Part shown: piece by piece, positions 1 through 7,682 of the stretch | Position numbering within the stretch: position 1 is the first letter of the stretch | How the letters are laid out: each line of letters opens with the position of its first letter | Assembly: GCF_000981785.2 (NCBI RefSeq) | Contig: NZ_CP011304.1 | Coordinates: forward strand, 3,930,001-3,962,000 | Reading direction: 5' to 3' | DNA from: Microcystis aeruginosa NIES-2549 | Lineage (GTDB): Bacteria; Cyanobacteriota; Cyanobacteriia; Cyanobacteriales; Microcystaceae | DNA length: 32,000 nucleotides | Notes under the pieces: model-generated | The model's input: only the letters and a program-made list of their open reading frames with translations | The model's database searches: none | What the model was told of the DNA's origin: nothing | Translations under genes and position numbers: made by a program

Positions 1-312
1 AACTGGGAAAAAGCCTGGGCCGCTAGTCACGCTAGTCAAGGGCAATTTCACGCAGTCAGTGATGAGGAAATATTAGCAGCCTATCGGATTTTAGGGGGCC
101 AAGAGGGGGTTTTCTGTGAACCGGCCAGCGCCGCTTCTGTGGCAGGATTATTAAAAGTGCATCAACAGGTTCCCGATGGGGCCACCGTAGTGTGTGTTTT
201 AACGGGAAATGGACTAAAAGACCCAGATTCGGCGGTAAAATACAGCAATAACCAACTAAAATCCGGGATCGCTCCCGAATTAACCCAAGTGGCTCAAATT
301 ATGGGCTTCTAA
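1..312 (+). CDS. thrC: threonine synthase, C-terminal fragment (5' end outside window)
   Basis: Frame 1 is open from the window edge to TAA at 310-312. Translation ...[36 protein letters not shown]...[17 protein letters not shown] matches the conserved C-terminus of PLP-dependent threonine synthase. It is absent from the ORF track because no start codon lies in the window. Confidence 0.8.
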   Translation, partial: NWEKAWAASHASQGQFHAVSDEEILAAYRILGGQEGVFCEPASAASVAGLLKVHQQVPDGATVVCVLTGNGLKDPDSAVKYSNNQLKSGIAPELTQVAQIMGF

Positions 313-342
313 GCTAACGTTAATTCGGGTTAGGCAGCGCTT

Positions 343-972
343 CTATAAAACTCCCTTAGAACTGGGAATTATACCGGCGCGACGGGGATCGATCGCTATG
401 GCCCCACTCATCGCCCGGGCAAAAGCTTTAAAAGTAGCCTCAATAATATGATGGGAATTAATCCCGTCTAATTGGCGAATATGTAGGGTCATTTGACTGT
501 GATTGACCAAAGCAACGAAAAATTCCCGCACTAGCTGAGTATCGTAGGTTCCCACTCTTTGGGTGGGAATTTCTAGACCATAACTGAGGTGGGGACGACC
601 GGAAAAATCGAGGGCAACCTGCACTAAAGCTTCATCGAGAGGGGCGACAAAATGCCCGAAACGGACGATCCCTTTTTTGTCCCCCAAAGCTTGCAGTAAA
701 GCTTGTCCGAGGGTGATTCCCACGTCCTCATTGGTGTGATGGTCATCAATTTCTATATCTCCGGTGGCAAGCACATCGAGATCGATCGCAGCGTGGGAGG
801 CGATTTGCTGCAACATATGATCAAGAAAGGGAATTCCTGTCTGGGCGCGACAATTGCCGCTACCATCAAGATCGATCGTCACCTGTACATCGGTTTCTTT
901 GGTAGTACGACTAACCGAGGCGCGACGGCAAGGTGAGACAAAAGAATCGGGTATCTGGGAAGTGGAAATCAT
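343..972 (-). CDS. hisB: imidazoleglycerol-phosphate dehydratase
   Basis: 209-aa ORF with IGPD signature blocks [31 protein letters not shown] and [15 protein letters not shown]. Confidence 0.95.
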   Translation of the reverse strand: MISTSQIPDSFVSPCRRASVSRTTKETDVQVTIDLDGSGNCRAQTGIPFLDHMLQQIASHAAIDLDVLATGDIEIDDHHTNEDVGITLGQALLQALGDKKGIVRFGHFVAPLDEALVQVALDFSGRPHLSYGLEIPTQRVGTYDTQLVREFFVALVNHSQMTLHIRQLDGINSHHIIEATFKAFARAMSGAIAIDPRRAGIIPSSKGVL

Positions 973-983
973 TTAAGTAAAAA

Positions 984-1085
984 TAAGTAGGTAGCCGTTA
1001 AAAATTATCAGATGCCCCCCTTATTAAGGGGGGACTAAGGGGGGATCGGCACCCCCCTTATCAAGGGGGGACTAAGGGGGGATCG
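984..1085. repeat. G6/C6 hairpin repeat, two tandem units
   Basis: Two ~35-nt units each hold a CCCCCC-TTAT(T/C)AA-GGGGGG hairpin followed by ACTAAGGGGGGATCG. They are preceded by AAGTAGGTAGCCGTTAAAAATTATCAGATG. The same family recurs in inverted orientation at 19741-19836. Confidence 0.8.
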
Positions 1086-1116
1086 AATTATTGACTAGGA
1101 AGATGAGAGTTTTTTT

Positions 1117-1180
1117 CAGTAATCAGTAAACCTAAAACTCACATCTGATCACTGATTACTGATCACTGATCACTGAAAAG
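1117..1180 (-). repeat. heptamer (STRR-like) repeat block with conserved leader
   Basis: CAGTAATCAGTAAACCTAAAACTCACATCTGAT followed by (CACTGAT)n-like units. It is a near-duplicate of 1303-1379 and related to 22527-22575 and 30137-30227. Confidence 0.8.
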
Positions 1181-1182
1181 AA

Positions 1183-1248
1183 CGTAGGTTGGGTTGAAGC
1201 ATGAAACCCAACGCCCGCATGGGTTACGCTACCGCTAACCCATCCTAC
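1183..1248. repeat. MITE-like double hairpin
   Basis: CGTAGGTTGGGTTGAAGCATGAAACCCAAC plus ATGGGTTACGCTACCGCTAACCCAT, bounded by GTAGG...CCTAC. The architecture matches the repeats at 12033-12130 and 13521-13618. Confidence 0.6.
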
Positions 1249-1302
1249 AAATAATTGTGTCTCCCTACTTAGCTTAACAAATTAGGTTTTAGATTCGTCC
1301 CT

Positions 1303-1379
1303 TGTAATCAGTAAACCTAAAACTCACATCTGATAACTCACATCTGATAACTGATAACTGATCACTGATCACTGAAAAG
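1303..1379 (-). repeat. heptamer (STRR-like) repeat block, second copy
   Basis: TGTAATCAGTAAACCTAAAACTCACATCTGATAA followed by CTGATAA/CTGATCA units. It ends 2 nt before the stop codon (1382-1384) of the minus-strand gene. Confidence 0.8.
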
Positions 1380-1381
1380 GC

Positions 1382-2896
1382 CTAACTTTCTGGTTCAGTT
1401 TTAGCTTCCGCCGGCGGACCGGGGGGCAAGGCTTCCTCGCTGACAGGTTGAGGATTTTGGCTAGTGGGGGGACTAGCGGGGGAAACCTCCGGCTGATTGA
1501 GAGCGGGGGTTTGGGGAGAATTTTCTGGGGCTTTTTCCTCGATTATCGCATCTTTGGGCGGTTCTGGCTGGGTTGGGGCTGGATTTGGCTCTGTGGTTGC
1601 GGGTGGCTTGACGTTATCCGGTTGGGGACTAACGACGGGCTGCGGGGTTTGATTGGGACGAAGCGGGGTTTCAATTGCCGGCGTTGCGGGGGGGGAGTTA
1701 CGCGTATTGAGGTTGCTACCCTCCGGTTTTGGGGGATTAGCGATCGCACCTCGGCACACTTCCGGGTTAGGGGCAAAACTGACGCGCACCTGATAGATTC
1801 TCGACTCACCACTGGGATTATTAAAACGAGTTAGGCGCACTTCCCTCGCCCCCTGTTGATTGAAAATCGGGAAGCCAGCACTTTTAATTAACTGGGGTTC
1901 ACTGCTGAGGCGGCCTTGACTATCCACCGTCACCCCATAAACCGCCGTCCCCGCTAATTGACGGGAACAAGCCGTGGCGGGATAATTACCAGTCAAATTG
2001 ACGGTAGTTATGCCTCTGCTGCCCTGATTGGGCTGATTTAGTTCATTTAAGGCGTTAGGATTAGTTTTTTGTACTCTGGCCAGCCAATCCACCTGATTTC
2101 TCATGGCCTCCTCGTTACTGGTATTGCTTTTATCTGCCTCCAGAGAGCGCAAACGTTCCCGCATTTCCCACATTAATTGTTGACGACGCTGTTCATCAAT
2201 GGGCGATTGACCGTTCGGCTCCGGCGTGCGGGCGAAAGAATTGTTTAATTGTTCCTGCGCCTGTTGCGATGCACTAAGAGGCGAATTTCGCAATTCATCT
2301 GGAGTTAGATTATCTCGGTAGGGATCGAAGTAAGGCTGGAGCTGCTGGTTATTAGTCTCCCTAGGCCGATTATTATTCTCTGACAGGGTGGGAACAGAAG
2401 GAGGACTAGGTAAACTGGGGGTAGAAGTGGGAAAATTGCGAGGAATCGGTAATCTACCCGGAGAGGGAATAGATGCCACGGGAGGAGAATAGATATTGAC
2501 GGAGGGTAAAGAGGAGAGGGGAGGTAAAGGAGGTAAAGAAGGTAAGGGAGGAAGGGAAGAAACCGAGGGTAAAGGAGGTAAGGTGCTGTTATGGATGCCG
2601 TCCATGGGGGGGAGAGGAGGCAAAGAGGAAGAAGACGAATTGGGGTTAGGCAGTGCGGGTAAGCTGGACAGGGAGGGGTCGAGATTGGGAAGACGTGACT
2701 GCTCTAGAGGGTTCAATTCAATCAGATTGACGTTGCGTAATTCCTTTTTTGGCTCCTGCGCTGGATTATTGAGGAAATTAGGTAAGATAATCGCTAAAAT
2801 TAGGGCATGAATACCAAGAGAAGCGGCGAACGAGAGATTATTAGAGTTAATTAGTTTATTTTCTTCGGTTTCTAGACCAAAATAGGAGGATGTCAT
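1382..2896 (-). CDS. proline-rich membrane-anchored protein, TonB-like
   Basis: 504-aa ORF. It has one N-terminal TM segment (FAASLGIHALILAIILPNFL), long (S/L)PPLP proline-rich spacers, a ~90-aa globular segment (GTAVYGVTVDSQGRL...IYQVRVSF) and a second Pro-rich tail. The overall layout resembles TonB. The family call is by architecture only. Confidence 0.45.
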   Translation of the reverse strand: MTSSYFGLETEENKLINSNNLSFAASLGIHALILAIILPNFLNNPAQEPKKELRNVNLIELNPLEQSRLPNLDPSLSSLPALPNPNSSSSSLPPLPPMDGIHNSTLPPLPSVSSLPPLPSLPPLPPLSSLPSVNIYSPPVASIPSPGRLPIPRNFPTSTPSLPSPPSVPTLSENNNRPRETNNQQLQPYFDPYRDNLTPDELRNSPLSASQQAQEQLNNSFARTPEPNGQSPIDEQRRQQLMWEMRERLRSLEADKSNTSNEEAMRNQVDWLARVQKTNPNALNELNQPNQGSRGITTVNLTGNYPATACSRQLAGTAVYGVTVDSQGRLSSEPQLIKSAGFPIFNQQGAREVRLTRFNNPSGESRIYQVRVSFAPNPEVCRGAIANPPKPEGSNLNTRNSPPATPAIETPLRPNQTPQPVVSPQPDNVKPPATTEPNPAPTQPEPPKDAIIEEKAPENSPQTPALNQPEVSPASPPTSQNPQPVSEEALPPGPPAEAKTEPES

Positions 2897-3012
2897 AATC
2901 TAGTTAATTGAGCAGAGCCTTGAGGGGAAAAGTTAACTCTATTCTAATCGTCAAGGCGATTTTTTTTTCTTGAGGGCGGGGAATTAATTGGTGTCAGTCC
3001 CCATCCCCTATT

Positions 3013-3033
3013 CCCTTCTCCCTTCTCCCTTCT
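3013..3033. repeat. (CCCTTCT)x3 heptamer repeat in a polypyrimidine tract
   Basis: Three exact tandem CCCTTCT units lie within the pyrimidine-rich stretch 3001-3050, in the spacer between two minus-strand genes. Confidence 0.7.
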
Positions 3034-3073
3034 TCCCACACCCTGTCCCCGCAAAAAACTTTTTCAGCCAACC

Positions 3074-3757
3074 CTACTTATACTGCGAGCGAGCCACAGC
3101 TTTTAATTTGGGATATAATTCCGAAGGGTCTAACAAAGGGATAAACTCATCGATTACCGGTTTAAAATTAGCCTGGAAATTCTCCCTAGTTCCATGACCG
3201 TTAGGCGATGTAGGCAATGATTCTAATTCAGGGAATTTGGGCGTTTCCGTGGTCAACTGTGAGAATAATTCCTCCACATTACTCATACCTTTGCGAGGAT
3301 CATCAAAAAGAGAAGTTTCTGAGTTGAGTAAAGAATCTTTAATCATGGTCACTGTGCCATTATTATCGGTTTTTACCGCTTGTGGCTCTGGACAAGGCCG
3401 CTCAAGGGTACGAGAAGGTATCTTGATCTGTTCCCGTTTAGGGATAACTGCCGTTTTTTTGCCATTTAACTGCGAATCTGGCAAGTTTTTACAAACCAAG
3501 CGCTCGAATTCCCCCGTAAAATGAAAGGTAGGATGGCCGCGACGGTGCCAAATTTTGAGGATTTCCTCCACCGAAATGACTTTGTAACGTCCCTGATAGA
3601 GTGCCTCTAAAATCGCCATGCGAATCCAATTTAGTGAATAGATGGGCAACCAGCGCTCGATTAATTCTTGCGCTTTATAACCTCTCATTTCAAATCGATA
3701 TTGGTTGAGTATAGTCGCTATCTGCATCAGGTTGATCTCTGGGTTAATCTCTGCCAT
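3074..3757 (-). CDS. hypothetical protein (family not recognised)
   Basis: 227-aa ORF with an ATG start and ordinary codon texture. The N-terminal ~95 aa look globular (ILEALYQGRYKVISVEEILKIWHRRGHPTFHF) and the C-terminal half is low-complexity. No motif I can name. Confidence 0.6.
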   Translation of the reverse strand: MAEINPEINLMQIATILNQYRFEMRGYKAQELIERWLPIYSLNWIRMAILEALYQGRYKVISVEEILKIWHRRGHPTFHFTGEFERLVCKNLPDSQLNGKKTAVIPKREQIKIPSRTLERPCPEPQAVKTDNNGTVTMIKDSLLNSETSLFDDPRKGMSNVEELFSQLTTETPKFPELESLPTSPNGHGTRENFQANFKPVIDEFIPLLDPSELYPKLKAVARSQYK

Positions 3758-4164
3758 AGAATTTACAAAGATAGTGAGCGCAATCGTTATGGCTACTAGG
3801 CACTCTATATATTAAGATTCTATTCAGGTTTTTCCTAGTGGTTTTTACCTATTCTCCCCACACTTACCCATTCGGCGCATCTCCACTCAAGGTCAGTTGA
3901 CTCCCTAGGATCGGGTTCGCTTTTGGCGGCAATTTATCCCCTGCTAACTCCTGTACGGTTTAACGGGACTCCTCTGGCGACCTTAAGATAGTTTTTGTTT
4001 TTTCCCTGATTAGGCGATCGAGTTTATACCTCTTTAGTACCACAACTTGAGGAATTTGTCAAGAAAAAGGCAAAATTTCATCGATAAACCCAAGGGAGAT
4101 AGAACTATAGCACTCCCCTGACAGCCTACCCGATCGAGGTTTTCTGAGTCTCCAGAAATTTTTT

Positions 4165-4212
4165 GTTAAAATTTGCAACATAACTTAACAATATGTTATA
4201 GTTCTTAACATA
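4165..4212 (+). promoter_or_regulatory. HLR1-like array of phased direct repeats (putative RpaB-type operator) over the hli promoter
   Basis: Five 8-mers with 2-nt spacers at exact 10-bp phasing: GTTAAAAT tt GCAACATA ac TTAACAAT at GTTATAGT tc TTAACATA. They resemble the HLR1 half-site (G/T)TTACA(T/A)(T/A). A TATAGT -10-like hexamer lies at 4197-4202, and the array ends 22 nt before the ATG at 4235. Confidence 0.45.
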
Positions 4213-4234
4213 AGCATACAAAAGGAGCCTCCCC

Positions 4235-4447
4235 ATGACTGCCCGCGGCTACACCACCGAAGAACAAGGAAGACTGAATAATTTTGCTGTCGAACCGAAA
4301 ATGTACGTTGATAGTTCTAGCAGTCTCGGTTTTACCAAAAAAGCTGAAAAATTGAATGGCAGACTAGCTATGATTGGCTTTGTCTCTCTTTTAGCCATTG
4401 AATTGTTAACCGGTAAAGGAATTATTGCTTGGATTACCAGTCTCTAA
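4235..4447 (+). CDS. hli: high-light-inducible protein (Hlip, one-helix CAB/ELIP family)
   Basis: 70 aa with the chlorophyll-binding helix motif [24 protein letters not shown] and the N-terminal pattern typical of Hlips ([14 protein letters not shown]...GFT). Confidence 0.9.
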   Translation: MTARGYTTEEQGRLNNFAVEPKMYVDSSSSLGFTKKAEKLNGRLAMIGFVSLLAIELLTGKGIIAWITSL

Positions 4448-4456
4448 GAATCGACA

Positions 4457-4502
4457 ATCCCGTCGCGCTGTTCGGGGAGTTCAGTCCCCGTCCAGACGGG
4501 AT
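4457..4502. terminator. nested stem-loop between convergent hli and dapF
   Basis: Outer stem ATCCCGTC (4457-4464) pairs with GACGGGAT (4495-4502). Inner hairpin CGGGGA-GTTCAG-TCCCCG lies at 4473-4490. There is no clear U-tract, so terminator function is inferred from position only. Confidence 0.35.
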
Positions 4503-4505
4503 GAT

Positions 4506-5351
4506 TCAGATAGCATAAATGCCCTCAAAAACAGCTTTAGCAGGACCTGTCATGTAAACCCGGTTATCGGTTTGGGACCAGTGAATCTGAAGACAACCAC
4601 CGGGGAGTTCCACGGTACAACGGCGATCGCATTTGCCCGTCAACACGGCCGCCACCACCACAGCACAAGCACCGGTACCACAAGCGAGGGTAATTCCCGC
4701 TCCTCTTTCCCAGACAAGCATCTTCATATAATCCGGCGCGACTACTTCCACAAACTCCACATTAGTCCGTTGGGGAAAAACCCGATGATGTTCAAATTTT
4801 GGCCCGATAGTTTCCAGGGGAATAGAGGCCAGATCATCCACAAAAGTGACACAGTGGGGATTACCCATACTAACGCAAGTAACTAACCAATCTTTGCCCT
4901 CCACCTCCAGGGGAACAGCGAGGACTTTTTCTGACCCCTTGACCAAAGTGGTGGGGATTTCACCGCCTAGGAGTTGCGGTGGTCCCATATCGACCGTTAC
5001 CTGTTCATTGGCTTCTAAACGGGGAATAATCGTTCCTGCTAGAGTATGAATGCGATAGGTGCGGCCAATGGTGTTGTTAGCCTCTAAACGGGCAATAAAT
5101 TGGGCTAGACAGCGAATACCGTTACCACACATTTCCGGTTCCGAACCATCGGAGTTGAAAATTCTCATGGTGTAGTCGGTTGCTGCTTGGCCGGGAAGCG
5201 CAAAAATCACGCCATCGGCGCCGATGCCAAAATGTCGATCGCACATAGCCACGGCCATTTCCGCTGTGATCAGGGGTTCGGGACTGTGACGGTTATCTAT
5301 CAAAATAAAATCATTGCCCAGGCCTTGATATTTGGTGAAGGGGATTTTCAT
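4506..5351 (-). CDS. dapF: diaminopimelate epimerase
   Basis: [21 protein letters not shown] is the canonical DapF N-terminus. Both active-site Cys contexts are present ([28 protein letters not shown]). I prefer the ATG at 5351 over the track start at 5411, which adds 20 non-conserved residues. Confidence 0.92.
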   Translation of the reverse strand: MKIPFTKYQGLGNDFILIDNRHSPEPLITAEMAVAMCDRHFGIGADGVIFALPGQAATDYTMRIFNSDGSEPEMCGNGIRCLAQFIARLEANNTIGRTYRIHTLAGTIIPRLEANEQVTVDMGPPQLLGGEIPTTLVKGSEKVLAVPLEVEGKDWLVTCVSMGNPHCVTFVDDLASIPLETIGPKFEHHRVFPQRTNVEFVEVVAPDYMKMLVWERGAGITLACGTGACAVVVAAVLTGKCDRRCTVELPGGCLQIHWSQTDNRVYMTGPAKAVFEGIYAI

Positions 5352-5412
5352 GGTCAATAAAAGCTGCTCAACAGGAATAATAGAGGATGAACACCTCATC
5401 GATAAACTCATT

Positions 5413-5625
5413 ATGTCTCAATTCGATCCTGGTCTGCCGAGTATTAAACAAGTACAGAGCTATATTCAAGAGAAACGGGAAGTAGAAATTAAGTTAAGCA
5501 CCGATGATCTCCTCGTTGGTCGCATCCTTTGGCAAGATGCTAACTGTCTATACCTAGTCGATCACTACGATAAACCCACTTTAATTTGGCAACAGTCTCT
5601 AGTTTATTTAAAACCTAAAGCCTAG
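5413..5625 (+). CDS. hfq: cyanobacterial Hfq-like Sm protein
   Basis: The 70-aa product [50 protein letters not shown]... follows the pattern of Synechocystis Hfq (ssr3341) as I recall it (FD.GLPS..QVQ..I....VEIKL.T.D.L.G.I.WQD). It lies divergent to dapF, which is the usual cyanobacterial synteny. The track ORF (5332) is an upstream extension overlapping dapF. Confidence 0.85.
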   Translation: MSQFDPGLPSIKQVQSYIQEKREVEIKLSTDDLLVGRILWQDANCLYLVDHYDKPTLIWQQSLVYLKPKA

Positions 5626-5735
5626 GAGGAAATCAGACCCATCAAAAATTCATTATCTACATCTAGACTTTTATCCCAATATTTTTGTATTAGTTTTTGC
5701 ACTCTTTCTGTTGCTTTTGCGGTAAATATTCAGGT

Positions 5736-6877
5736 CTAGGGGTTGACAAAGAGAGAAAAATCAGCAGTGGGGACAAGAGAGACAACCGTATGCAAGGGGT
5801 GATGGACAGAGGCCAAGGCCTGACGGAAGAAAGTTAAAACCGAACGGCCTTGGGCGCGACAAGACTGAATCACGGTCAACAAACGAGCAGTATCGACAAA
5901 GCCACTGAAGGAGCGAGAATCACCAGCTATCTTGCGCTTAGTTACTCCCAGACGCAGAGAACGCTCGGCTCGGTTATTATCGGGAGAGACTTCAGGATGC
6001 TCTAGGAAATACCACCACTGATGGGACTTGTCCAGCAAGGATTTCAGCAATAAACCCGCAGCATAACCCGCCTGGGGTCGCCACACAGCTAAAGCTTGCT
6101 CTAACCGCAGTCGAAAATCTATGACCCAATGGTTATAGATAGACCGAGCGCCGGTTTCTCGATATTGCCTATGTTGCCTAAAGGCTTCCGTGATTAAATC
6201 CCAAAAGACTTGGGCTAACTCCGTTTGATGAGGAGTTTTCAGTTTTTCTACTTGCTTAAAATGCCGCAGTAAATGGGCTAGACATTTCTGCTGGGCGGCC
6301 GCTCCATAGCCATTGTAAGTGCTGAAATCATCGGAGATTAACACCCCAGCGAAACTTTTCCCCAGCAGATGCTCTAATTCTTGTCGCGAGCGGGTGTCCC
6401 CCGCATGGAAGAGAGAAAAGCCTTGTCCACTAATATTCCACAACCATTCTTTGATTCTACTATTTCTATTGGCCTTTCTACTAGCTGGGCTACTATGAAA
6501 GTGCTTTGTCGGCGTTCACCCGGGGCGAGATGGATAGTGCCACGATGGAGGCAATTTTCGGCTTTGACGCTCTCAGTGCGGTCTATTCGTCCAAATCCTT
6601 TGCGGGTTTTTCCCTCATGCCCTTTTTGCCCTCCTGGGCTGCGTCCCTCTTTCTTTTCGCCTTCTTTGGCTTTTTCTGGCTTTCTTAGCAAGTCTGTGGA
6701 GGGGGGTTTCGATGACGTTTTGCTATCCTTATCTAGATTACCCTTCAGCTTCTCGATGGTTTCGCCTTGTTTGACTACTAACTCCTGTAATTTCAGCACC
6801 ATCTCCACCAGTTGTTCTGGGGTCAGGTTTTTCAGGCTTTCCCTGTCTAGTAGCTGCTGCGGTTCTTTTTGCTTCAT
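5736..6877 (-). pseudogene. IS66-family transposase, frameshifted and internally deleted
   Basis: Two overlapping ORFs lie in different frames (6374..6877 and 5736..6443). The N-part has a coiled coil (LTPEQLVEMVLKLQELVVKQGETIEKLK) and KPPSTD...GGQKGHEG. The C-part has DDFSTYNGY, QKCLAHLLRHF, NNRAERSLR and LLTVIQSCRAQG (IS66 DDE C-terminal motifs). The combined length of ~380 aa is short for the family, and the segment before the WLW/LLG..F.GVLISD block appears missing. Confidence 0.8.
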
Positions 6878-6911
6878 CGGAAATTTTGGGTCTGAAACCC
6901 CGCCGTTCTAG

Positions 6912-7245
6912 GTTGGCTTTACGTTAGAATTAAAAGGCCAGTCTCGAAAACCAAGTGGACGGCGCAGCACCTTGAAAACTCGGCTTAGGGGGTTCCGACC
7001 AGAAAAGCTTGGCCGGGTAAAAAGTCGCGCGCAACAAGTACAAGAAGCTATAGGCGGTCAACGTACCGTGGGACACACGGAATCGGGCTTCTGAAATGGG
7101 GCGAAAGTCTGTGGACTCTGTGTAAGACAGTACATGGTTTTTTAACTGTGGTATGCGACGGTGGTGGAAGCAGAAACTTAAATCGTGAGGTTTAGGAATC
7201 GCCGCACTTTTAGGGCGGCGAGGATGTCAACCTCTCAATCTACAC
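6912..7245. other. GC-rich structured non-coding block inside the IS66 element (identity unresolved; possibly group II intron 5'-domain debris)
   Basis: No ORF of 60 aa or more on either strand. Helices seen: GGCCAG(6936-6941)/CTTGGCC(7008-7014), CCGTG-GGACA-CACGG (7066-7080), GGC-GAAA-GTC (7100-7109) and CGCCGC-N9-GCGGCG (7200-7220). Confidence 0.4.
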
Positions 7246-7285
7246 TTTTTTCTGTTTTTGTCAATCCCCTGACCTGAATCCTTAC

Positions 7286-7596
7286 ATATTATGAAAACTT
7301 TTCTGACTTTTCTTCAGCTATTTATGAATGTCTAAATGATGCCCATCTGAAACATAAAAAAGAACTGGATTCCTTGCTTACTCTACGATTTCAGAAGTTT
7401 AATAAATCTCAGATTATGAACGTCTAAAGTATATAAAAACCTTCAATTATTACACCGCCACTGTCACGATGATAAATCGGCATCTGATGGAAGCCTAGAA
7501 TTATCAGATTTGACATCCTTCGCGGATTTTGTCAATCTAGATGATACAGGGTCAACCAAAAGAAGTCAAGCTGTATCCTTAACAAGGGAACAGTAA
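7286..7596 (+). pseudogene. group II intron-encoded protein (maturase/HNH tail) remnant
   Basis: The frame from 7429 reads VYKNLQLLHRHCHDDKSASDGSLE... with a stop at 7594-7596. NLQLLHRHCHD.K.A.DG is the characteristic end of the En (HNH) domain of bacterial group II intron RTs. Upstream frames are broken (YYENFSDFS..., NWIPCLLYDF...). There is no RT domain. Confidence 0.7.
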
Positions 7597-7602
7597 AACT
7601 AG

Positions 7603-7679
7603 GAGCCGTGTGAGGTGAAAGTCTCATGCAGGGTTCTGAATGGGAGGGGAGGTCGGTGACGACCTTCTCGACCCCTAAT
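7603..7679 (+). ncRNA. group II intron domain V and domain VI (3' end of a truncated intron)
   Basis: 7603-7636 GAGCCGTGTGAGGTGAAAGTCTCATGCAGGGTTC has the domain V layout: AGC triad, two helices, a 2-nt bulge and a GAAA loop (compare ai5gamma GAGCCGUAUGCGAUGAAAGUCGCACGUACGGUUC, recalled). 7640-7679 forms a helix with a bulged A at 7671, 7-8 nt from the predicted 3' end. The same frame reads EPCEVKVSCRVL through domain V, as in cyanobacterial intron ORF tails. Confidence 0.8.
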
Positions 7680-7682
7680 GAT

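Larger units (their letters stand above)
5722..7285 (-). mobile_element. IS66-family insertion sequence, defective
   Basis: Imperfect ~39-bp terminal inverted repeats start with GTAA. Left is GTAAATATTCAGGTCTAGGGGTTGACAAAGAGAGAAAAA (5722-5760). The reverse complement of the right end (7285-7246) is GTAAGGATTCAGGTCAGGGGATTGACAAAAACAGAAAAA. The element encloses a broken IS66-type transposase. The flanking 8-mers differ (CTTTTGCG vs ATATTATG). Confidence 0.8.

Noticed and set aside
703-2810. Antisense or alternative-frame ORFs in hisB and the TonB-like gene (703..936, 1448..1834, 1543..1812, 2496..2810)
   Set aside because: They are mirror frames of repetitive proline-codon DNA (giving Gly/Lys/Glu-rich or Arg-rich peptides) or of hisB. 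There is no independent support.
3930-4010. ACTCCTC-containing stretch followed by a T-run as a possible Yfr1-like sRNA
   Set aside because: The full Yfr1 core (ACTCCTCACAC) and its flanking stem-loops are not present. No convincing terminator hairpin precedes the T-run.
4425-5049. 153-aa and 67-aa plus-strand ORFs antisense to dapF (4425..4886, 4846..5049)
   Set aside because: They lie within the well-supported dapF frame on the opposite strand. Their His/Arg/Ser-rich sequence is typical of antisense translation.
5332-5412. N-terminal extensions of hfq (track start 5332) and dapF (track start 5411) that would make the two genes overlap
   Set aside because: The conserved N-termini begin at [10 protein letters not shown] (5413) and [15 protein letters not shown] (5351). 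The extensions are non-conserved and mutually overlapping.
6381-6911. 176-aa and 60-aa plus-strand ORFs (6381..6911, 6506..6688) antisense to the IS66 transposase
   Set aside because: They are shadow frames of the minus-strand transposase reading frames. Their composition is low-complexity and Ser/Phe/Leu-rich, with no motifs.
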